From Lytechinus pictus (Eukaryota): a stretch of DNA of 64,000 nt. Made by a program: the position numbers and the translations under genes. Of the stretch, positions 27,501-37,122 are shown one piece after another. Every line of letters starts with the position of its first letter. The first letter of the stretch is position 1. The DNA lies in assembly GCF_037042905.1 (NCBI RefSeq), contig NC_087245.1, forward strand, positions 32,490,001-32,554,000, written 5' to 3'. The notes below the pieces were generated by a model, which saw only the letters and a list, made by a program, of their open reading frames with translations, was not told the DNA's origin and did no database searches.

Positions 27501-28505
27501 TAAAAAAACAAAATTAGTAGGGGGGACATTTGATATTGTGTCCCCCCTACTATTTTGGGTAGGGGGACGCGTCCCCCTTGTCCCCCCTGGGATATCCGCC
27601 CATGGGCGAGACTGAAAATACGATGATAGTGGTTGTGGTGCTAGGATAGTGACGATGTCGTTGGCTGCCATAATTCTGAATATTTGTGTTGATGGTGGGG
27701 ACGATGGCAAAATAAGGAAAAAAATCAACATGATAATGATTTAACTTATAATGTTTTGGGAGAAGGCTATGAGGATCCATTAATATAATGCTGGTGGGAT
27801 GGGGGCCGGGTGTCCAGATACTTTAAAATTTTGAAAAATCTTTTTTTTTTGCTTTGGATTGCACAAAAAATATAAATTCAATAGGCATAGATCGAGATGT
27901 AATTTATTTCAGTTCTGTTCTTTATAATATTGCCTAAGGCATTGCACTAAAAATTGATGAAACTTTGCTTGTTAACATTTTCAAATGGTCGTTTTAAAAT
28001 CGATTGTCCGGACACACAACAATATTGGGTATACCCCCACACCACGGCATGCACGCTTACCTGTTTCACTTGTCGGAAGAGGCCTAGCATCGCCGTCCCA
28101 AGCCATACTCTTACAAACTTCACATTCCACAGAACGTGATGATCGTTGCGCGCTGCCTCCGATTTCTTGGCCATTGGTACACTGAGAGTGAGAACTCGCT
28201 CGATCTCGACCGCGACCACGGACTCGAGTAGGCAAAGGCGAGCCGTTGCAACCACGGATTTCAAAAGGTGAGACAAAATCTTTGTCGAAAACGTTGGGTA
28301 CTCTACCGTCATCGTGCGAATCCCTGCTAGCGTCGTCGTCATCGTAATCGTCTACCCCACCTCCTCGACCTTCCCACATCACGCATTGGTCGCATTTCGT
28401 CTTGATTGTGATAGGGCGGGGGTAAAAGATACCCAACAACTGGAGGCTGGTCTCGATCAAACGTGTCCATTTCGTTATTGCACTCATGTTATTTGTTCGC
28501 GACAT
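24529..28505 (-). CDS. Uncharacterised multi-pass membrane protein, 517 aa, gustatory receptor-like (GRL)/7TMIC-like layout; complement(join(24529..25042,25183..25558,26104..26322,28061..28505))
   Basis: Four exons join in frame (1554 nt, phases 1,1,2) with GTAAGC/GTAAGT/GTAAGA donors and AG acceptors; an in-frame TAG lies just upstream of the ATG at 28505. About 7 hydrophobic segments plus an N-terminal 'SLQLLGIFYP' helix. The gene model is well supported; the family assignment is inference. Confidence 0.85.
25788..25900. repeat. Degenerate (GAT)n trinucleotide microsatellite in intron 2 of the minus-strand membrane-protein gene
   Basis: ATGATGATG... run with TAA/TTA/ACG interruptions. Confidence 0.85.
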
Positions 28506-29944
28506 TCCCAGCTAGAAGACGTTGTGGGTTTGTTTCAATGTATATCGCTAGTGGTACGATAATGGATCTGGTTAGTTCAGTTCGGTTTCCACCCCCAAAT
28601 TTATCAATAGCTTGTCCTCCCGTGCATGTCATAAATTTGATTCCAGCATCAGCCATTGTCGCATTTTATGGATATAGAGTATACAGCCTAATATGATAGA
28701 AACCATCCATTATAATGTCTTCTAATGACCGAAACTGTAAAATCATTACTCTGTTCATCATTCCCTATTCATCATTCATGCCTGGCATTCATGTCATTGG
28801 CGTAAAGTGAATCCGGTCCTAGGTGTGGCGGGGAGCGAGGAGGGGAGGGGATAGTCATGATAATAATGAGCTAAAAATCCACATTTAGGGGCCCGCGGGC
28901 ACCTCCACATCAAGGGCTATTATGTCCCGGGGGTATTATGTATACGGATACGCGGAGTACACAAAACGTGATAATAATACTATCTGACCTACACCCTTGG
29001 TAATGTCAAGAAAGTCCGATCACAATTTTTCTTTCTCGATGGCCGTTTTAATGGTTTTGTTGTGACATAAACTATGTCCCTATACCCTTCCGATTGTCAG
29101 TTTAGATGTCGAAATGGTTAACTGTTATGTGTACAGCTTTGCCTGATAAAGCAACAATTTGGAATTAATTTTCATTTTGTTTTTAGTTTTCATTTTTGTA
29201 CCTACATTAATGACTTTTAACGCAATCTTCCTGAATGGAAACACATTTTGGAGAAATAAAAAAGGTTGATCTATGGAGAATGGGCAAAAGTGGATTTAGT
29301 CCCTTTCGCATGTAAAATCTACATATGTCTATGCTGGCAAAATGAACATAAGGGGGGGGGGGGACTGCATAGACAAAAAATCAAATCATGCATAAAATCT
29401 TCAATATCACTATCGAAAAGTCACAAGCTCCCTTTCACTTTTGATGAGTGATTCAGCATATCCTCGGTTTACTCCCTCGATATAGAGCTTCATTAAATAT
29501 AATCTTAGTCACAATCAAAGGCCCCGAAGAGTCACACCCGCCCTCCGTGGACGAAAAATGCTAACCCTGCCCTATACGTCTCCAAATATTGAGGCATTAT
29601 TTTTCACATCATTTAGTAAAGTAGGAAGGAAGCCGGAAAAGGGGACACTCATGATGAAAACATCTATGCATTCAGTGGCGGATCCAGGGGGGGGGGGCAC
29701 AGGGGGCGCGCGCCCCCCTAATATTTGAGCGGCGCCGAAGCCGCCGCTCAAAAAAAATAAAAGAAAAGTAAAAGAAAGAAAAGGCGCCGCTTGAAAAAAT
29801 AAAAATAGAGGAAAGAAAAGAAGCCACTTAAAAAAATTATACACTGATATAATATTAGTAACAGTAAAGGAAAGACAATACCCCAGCAAAGCACAATCAT
29901 ATCATCTTCCTTATCTTTTCTTTTAATTACCCTTTTCCCAACAA

Positions 29945-31400
29945 CTTCGCCGGTTGAAAATAATCAGCAGTGCGCTGCCTGCATATAACTGGCGCCAATC
30001 AAGAATAATCAGCGCCACCTAAATCTAAATCGGCGCCGGACAAGAATTTTTTTATTTTATTATTTATTTATTTATTCATATTTCACCAGGGTAGCTCATT
30101 CAACAAAAGTTGATCTTCCATGAGGCCCTGGATAACAAACAATACAATTATATACAATTAAAAACAATCAATGGTGATAATACATATACAATCATCAGTC
30201 CATATGCTATTGTTAAAATACAGACGTATAAAGTGATAACAGTATTATATAAAGTAATATATCAAAAAAGAGATGATAGTTTATAGCATCAGTCCTGAAA
30301 GGGGAATGGTATTGCATCCCAGTTGATCAGCCTAGGCAAGATTGAGGAAATGTCTTTGAACAGAGAGTTTGAAATTATTGAGGGTTTTAACATTTTTAAC
30401 ACTTTGTGGGAGACTATTCCATAGAACGCAGCCATCATAATATAAAGCAGTTGTATAATAATCAGTACGGCATTTACCTATAACTATATCATGATGAGCA
30501 CTTTGTCGAGTATTTACATTATGAACTTTAGAAATTTCTTTAAAAACATTTTTAAAACAATCTGCTGATAAGTCATGAAGACATTTATAAATAAATATAC
30601 ACCTGAAGTATTCTACTCTTTTCTTAAAAGGCATCCATCTTAAACGAGTAAACATTTCATTAGAGGGGGTGTATATATTACAGTTTAAAATAAGTCTTGC
30701 TGCCCTCTTTTGCAATTTAGTCAACTTATCACTTTGACCTAAATATCTATTCCCCCAAATTTCACAAGAGTAATCCATTTGTGTTTGAATGAGGCATACA
30801 TATAATAATTTCATTGAAGCTTCACCAACATATGGTTTGACTCTTCTGAGCATGGCAAGTCCTGCAAATACTTTTCTACATACATAGTCAACATGATTGC
30901 ACCATAACAAATTATCATCAATAATAACACCAAGAATAATCAGCGCCATCTGGTTATAGATCGGCGCCGGTAAAGAAAAATCAGCGCTGCCTGAGTCTTA
31001 ACCGGCGCCGATCAAGAATAATCAGCTCCACCTAAATCTAAATCGGCGCCGGACAAGAATAATCAGCACCACCTGGTTAAAAAAATCGGCGCCAGTCAAG
31101 AATAATCGGCGCCTCCTGGTTCTAAATCGGCGCCAGTCGATTATGAATTGCCGCTGCCTGAATCTTACGTGACGTCGGTAAAAATAATCAGCACTACTTG
31201 TTCTAAATCGGCGCCGGTCAAGACAAATCGGCGCTGCTTTTGTCTTAACCGGCGCCACCTAAATTTGAATCGGCGCCGGTCAAGAATAATCGGCGTCCCC
31301 GGGTTCCAATAAATAGGCGCCGGTAGAATAATGAAGAAGGGCCTATTGCCAACCAAATCTAGATCGGCGCCGGTCAAGAATGATCAGCGGCACCTGGTTA
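29945..31400. repeat. ~42-bp GC-rich tandem repeat (consensus about AATCGGCGCCGGTCAAGAATAATCAGCGCCACCTGGTTCTA), interrupted by a LINE fragment
   Basis: Degenerate units at 29945-30047 and 30931-31400, most with a GGCGCC core. Confidence 0.8.
30048..30930 (-). mobile_element. 5'-truncated LINE (L2/CR1-group) ORF2 C-terminus plus 3' UTR
   Basis: ORF 30332..30949: LGVIIDDNLLW..HVDYV...DYSCEIWG...LQKRAARLI...LWNSLP; (AAAT)n/poly-A tail at about 30048-30076. Confidence 0.9.
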
Positions 31401-32230
31401 TACATTTTATTGTTGAATGGTCATAACGAATAACAAAGCTTATCGCATGCCCTTACAGCATGTACAGAGTGGACTGGGGCGGGGCAGTTGCCCACAGATG
31501 TCATGAAATCTTTAATTTGTTATTTAAAAAATCCCAGAATCATTCAAAAGTGTAGAGCAAATCCTTTAATTTTGATCTTATTTTCCAATGCTTTAATAAA
31601 AAAAAATGTCAGTCACTTTTCTTCTTTACACATTCCACATTGTGCCACCTCTATGGCCTTTAGTGTAAGACAGCTACTATAGTGTTTTATGAAGATGATT
31701 CGATATTTTAGTCCAAAACTTTGCTAAAACCCGTTGCTAATACCGGGAGTGTATAATTACGCAACCAGACGTATATTCGTTAGACCTTAAACCACTAAAT
31801 ATTATTTTCAATGTATAAATACAGTTTGTCAATACTTTTGTTTTAACGTTTAAATGTTTACGCCACAAAATTTGATTTATTTTCATCTTCCAGTAAGTTA
31901 AATATTATTCATCTGATCACTCAGGAAGAAGTTAAAAACAAAGATAACGATACCTGTAAAACTGGAGAACTATTTCAAAAGCTCTGTCTTGAAGGATCTC
32001 TTTCTGAATTCAGGTCTTCAGCATTATATCCAGTTTCATCAAAATAATTAGATAAAAATTACTCATCATTACAAATTGCATTATATTTAGTGAAAAGCGT
32101 CACAATATATATAAATACCAAATTCTGTATATAGGCATATACATCATGTACATGAAAATTGAATGATAATATATAAACCTGGATTGGTGATGTATTCCAA
32201 ATGATTCATGATGTAGTATCATTGTATATA

Positions 32231-32889
32231 CAGAGGCGTCGATCCTGGGGGGGGGGGGCAGGGGGCGATCGCCCCACCAATGAAAATATTGGGGGGGGGC
32301 AAACATATCGTTTTGCCCCCCCCCCCCATGATTCCGCATTTGCAAACATGAAATAAGATGGTAATGTTACACATAAATCAGCAAGCGAGATTGAGCTACA
32401 CAACTCGTTCTTTATTTAAAATCATGCTCAAATTGTCCGCTTTTCAGATTGGAATATAAAAATTTTCAGCTCGCGCTTCGCGCTCGCATCTATTGTTTTT
32501 TTAGATACCCATCTTAATCATTGGTACCAAAAATGCTTAGAATATCAAGCTTTCTGGTCAGAATATAAAGAAATTTCAGCTCGCCCTCGGCACTCGCATT
32601 ATCTGTGTAGTGAGATATGTATCCTCCTCATGAGTTACTGCAAACAGTCCTAAACAGGCACCTTTTTCCTGTTTTCAGGTCAGTATACTAAAAAATTTCA
32701 GCTCGCGCTCGCATTAATTTGTTGGTGAGATATGTGTCTCTATCTCATGAGTCATATAAATAAATAAATATATATATATATGCATATGTGTGTGTGAGTT
32801 TGTTTGTTTTGTGTGATCGAGCGCCTTTGGAAAGTTGATTCATGATTTTGCCCCCCCCCCCCCCAATCTGAAAAAAGGATCGACGCCCC

Positions 32890-32891
<2 letters not shown>
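32231..32891. mobile_element. Non-autonomous TIR element (hAT-like termini)
   Basis: CAGAGGCGTCGATCC ... GGATCGACGCCCCTG inverted termini, subterminal G/C runs, internal GCTCGCGCTTCGCGCTCGCA motifs also seen at 5060 and 5300. No exact TSD found. Confidence 0.6.
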
Positions 32892-32934
<43 letters not shown>

Positions 32935-34384
32935 AAAAAAAACTTGTATCTCAATTAATATACAAAAGTATTGGCCTCATCGCAATAAAAGGGTTAGTAC
33001 ATGAGATTTTGAAATCGCACATAACATGCATAATTTGTGTTACTTTTTGCTTGTTTCTTTCTTTAATAAGTTGTTAAATCTCTCTCTATATATGTTTTAG
33101 AAAGATTATATGTTAGAATTGATGTATATTTTCTGTTATAATGAGATATGTGGACTTCAGGGAATGGTCGTACGCAGCAAGGGGATGGGGGGGGGGGCAA
33201 ATTCCCGATCAGCTGTTGTAAAAACACTTTTTTTTCCTTAACATTTCATGAAAACTATGAAAAATGTGCAAATGTGAGATGTGCACCAAATACTTCTTTT
33301 TACACTTGTAAAAAAAAAATCGCCCCATTGAGCAGCTCGGTCCGTTTACTCTATCGTTTTTATTTTATTTTTTTAAATAAGTTCGAGTCTTGCCCCCCCC
33401 CCCCCGGAAATATTATCTGCGTGTGGTCATGCAAAATGGCATGACTAGAAATTTTGAAAAGAGCATTTGACAGGGTCAGACTTTACCCCTTTTTCAACAT
33501 TTTCTTTTATGGCGCCGGTGAAGTGCAAAAATATGTACGCCGCTCGGCAGTGCGCCCCCCCCCCCCTTTCGCCAAAAGCTGGATCCGCCTATGCTTATTT
33601 ATGAAATCTATCGTAAAACGCACTTAGGCCTATGTTGAAAAGTAATCAGCTGCAGTAGTTATGAACGGCCTTAGCCTATATATGGACAAATGGAAATTTT
33701 TGAAAATCGCGAGTTATTTAGTAAATCAAATGGCTCACTTTTAAACACTTTTTGCAGCATAATATTAGACAGATAGAATAAAGAATACACATTGTATACC
33801 GGGATTGTATATACACAGCTGTGTCAAAAGACTGGTTGCCAAAAAAGAAGAAGAGTTATATAGATCCCCATCATCGATTCCCCCCCCCCCTTCCCACCTA
33901 GACCCCAAACTTGGCTAGTCTACCTGTTTCACAAAGACTTATAATAACAAATGCACATTATTTCTCCAACAAATTTAGTGTCAGCCAATCAGATTGAAAA
34001 ATTTCGGTATATATTAAAATATATTCAACATATAAATATATATAAATGTAACAATATATATTTATTTAACTATATGTATGTATATATATATATATATATT
34101 TATATCATTACATTTGTTACTTTGTAAACTGTATCAAGAGAAAAAAAAAAAAAAACATATAATATAACAATATATACATATATATATATATATATATTGT
34201 TAAATAAATATATTGTTATATTATATGTGTTTTATTGTTTTTCTCTTGATACAGTTTACAAAGTAACAAATGTAAAAATAAATCGAACCAATTAATTGAG
34301 CTCATTATAGGTCCCAGGTACATGTACAAGTCATGAAATATTGTTTGAAAAAACCTTGTGATACAAAATAAGTTTATAATGATG

Positions 34385-34517
34385 AAAGGCTGGTCCGAGT
34401 TTTGTCGCGATCAGTGACGTGGCGTCTGGGCGCGGCGCGCGGTCTGATCTGGCGAACAATAATTGATGACGTGAATAGATCAGCTGCTGAGCTACGTAAA
34501 TAAGAGGAGTAAATAGG
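34385..34517 (+). promoter_or_regulatory. Putative SLC50A1 promoter and non-coding first exon
   Basis: Isolated CpG-rich patch with two TGACGT (CRE-like) motifs, followed by a candidate donor AATAGG|GTAAAT; a candidate acceptor TTATCCATAG|A lies at 37045/37046 upstream of the ATG. Confidence 0.4.
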
Positions 34518-35688
34518 GTAAATAATATCAGCTTCTAAAACAATTTATACTGATGTTATTTTGGTTTAAGTAGTTAGCATATTTGTACAATGATTTTAGT
34601 GTGTTTAGGAATGTTTTCTTGTATGTTAATGATATGAAAATTAGAGGCCTAAAATATAGGTATATTATTTTCTATCTAGTCCCACGTGTTGTAAAATTTG
34701 TTATGTAATTGTACGGGACCAGTAATTGTCAGTGGCAGTGCCATATTGAATCCTATTACCGAACACTCATAAATTCAATCATATCAAACTTAATATAATT
34801 CGCATGTGAAATATTTGGTCACTTGAAAGGCCGTAGTTACTGACCAAACATGTGTTTTCTGTAGGAAAAGTTTGAAAATTTACAAAGTCAATGAATGACT
34901 GAGCCAGCTGATCATGATGAAAATTGAAAGACATGATCATGCTGATCAGCATTTCTTAATTTTTGTTGGTTTGAAATAAATAAAGATTTTGAAAATTAAT
35001 GTGTAATTTGCCCTTTTTCATCATCTATGGGCATTATCCTGGTTTAACTAAGTCACCAGTCCATTCGCTGCCATTTATTTCGTCAGCGCTGGTGACTTCT
35101 TTCCACTCCCATTGACTTTGTACACAACGAGTGCACACCGACACACACGAGAATAGAGGTGACTAATTTTACGATAAGGCCCATCTATCTAGATCCAAAT
35201 ATGTAATTCCTTTGGAGAAATCAGGGAGTTGGGAGGTTTTTGAGCATATTGAAATGTGGAAGGCCACGCTATTTGAGCGATTCGATCATTCCATACTCCA
35301 TATAGAGTTAAATACCCTCGAACATAGTTTTTTTTTTTCACTAACGATATTCATTATAAAAGCGTGATTTTACATGCTGAAGATGTGCTTAAAATATCAA
35401 AATACTTTGATTCTTTTTTGTTTTGCTTGTAATATTTCTAAAATATGTTGTCATTTTTTTTTTTACACCTTTTTGTAATCGGTAAGAAGCAATGTTTACA
35501 ATTTTCTTTCTGTTCATTCTAATTCTTCATGCAAGTGCCGATTGAGCTGATCAGCAGAGAAGTGTTTACCAGCCGTCATCTCCAAAACTTCACTGATAAA
35601 ATCAACTAGGTATCTGCAATTAATATGGAAAGAGTACGATTAAAATTGAAATTAAAAAAGCATGCGCTTTCATTGACACTGGGTCTGC

Positions 35689-35690
<2 letters not shown>

Positions 35691-35722
<32 letters not shown>

Positions 35723-36567
35723 TTGATGTTGGGCATAAAGTATAGAAGACTTATTTGCCCCTCTGCATCTTCTTAGAACTTGTCCTCAGTTATAAACGTA
35801 ACAATTTCACATGCATGTGTGGGTTTGGACGATTTGTGAAAATTCTGTGTCTGGGTCGAAGCGATTATACTTGGTTTTCCAGGCCTTCTCTAGATTTGAT
35901 TTGAATGAATTTATACTGCTACTGTTTACGACCTCAGAAGGTAGGTCATTCCATAGGTTGATTACCTGTGCGAGAAATCCCTTTGCCTGAGTGTTGAATG
36001 AGCTCTTAGCTTGATTATTTTTCTAGAATGTCCTCTTGTCCGAGGTTGAGTGTCAAGTTTGAAGAAATTTGTACAGTCTAAATCATCTATGCCCTGAATA
36101 ATCTTAAACGTTTGGATCATATCCGCTCTATTTCTCCTATAGGATAACGTTGGTAGATTTAGTTTCTTCAGTCGTTCCATGTAGCTCAAGTTCTTCAGAT
36201 GTGGAATTAGCTTGGTTGCTCTACGTTGGATTTTTTCCAGTTTTATGATGTCTTTCTTGAGATAGGGGTGCCATACACTACTGCAGTATTCTAAAGATGG
36301 TCGTATGATTGACTTGTAAAGTTGAACCAGACCTCTTTCATCCAAATTTGAGAAGGTTCTCTTGATAAGTCCTAAGAGGCGGTTTGCTTTGGCACAAGCT
36401 TTGATCACATGTTTAGAAAATTGCAAATTGTTATCAAAGGTTACTCCCAGGTCATTTTCCTCTGTCACTTTTGGAATTTCAGAAGTGTCATCTGGTACTA
36501 GTAGGTAGCTCATACCTGGATTTTTTCTTCCAATAGACATTACTTTGCATTTCTTCTTGTTGAAAGT
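35691..36567 (-). mobile_element. 5'-truncated CR1-group LINE with poly-A tail
   Basis: ORF 35962..36540: KCKVM...ENDLGV.FD..L.F..H...LYKSIIRPSLEY...WHP...LEKIQRRATK...TRGH; T-run at 35691-35719 is the poly-A tail on the minus strand. Confidence 0.9.
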
Positions 36568-37122
36568 TACTTCCGCCCGAGCAAATCACCCGTCGACTTT
36601 CGCCGGGGAAGAGATGTCAGTGCGAAAGGGTACATTTTTTTCTTTGCCGGGGAAGTGAGGAATGCGTGCTGGAGAAGTTTGCCGGAGAAAAATGAAGAGG
36701 CCAGTTTGAAAGGGGTATAAGTAAACTGCATGTAACCACGCTTCGTTCAGGGTAGATATAGAAGTTTAGATTATCCATGAGTAGGTTGCTTGATGTCAAT
36801 GTTGGACTAAGATGTTTGTCGCCTGTCACGTCACGCTGCACCTCTGAATTTTTGCGAACAAGAAAAATGCAAGGTGCATGTGTGCGTCATCACAGAATAT
36901 CACTGGGAAACTTGGCTGTTAATTTTTGTTGGTCTGAACATGATTAACATCCCCAACTGACTCGCCAATAGCCTGCAAAGTATCATTGAAAATTTTAAGA
37001 GAATTTTATAGAAATATATATTTTTTTAAATCTATTTATCCATAGATCGTGAGTGGCATCAAGATCCAGAAAGTTTGAAGTTGATGGAGAAATCAGCCTT
37101 TTTAAAACAAGGATAATGCATC

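Noticed and set aside
27947..28562. Overlapping ORFs in other frames and strands
   Set aside because: Shadows of the GC-richer first exon of the minus-strand gene; only the 28505 frame splices in phase with exon 2.
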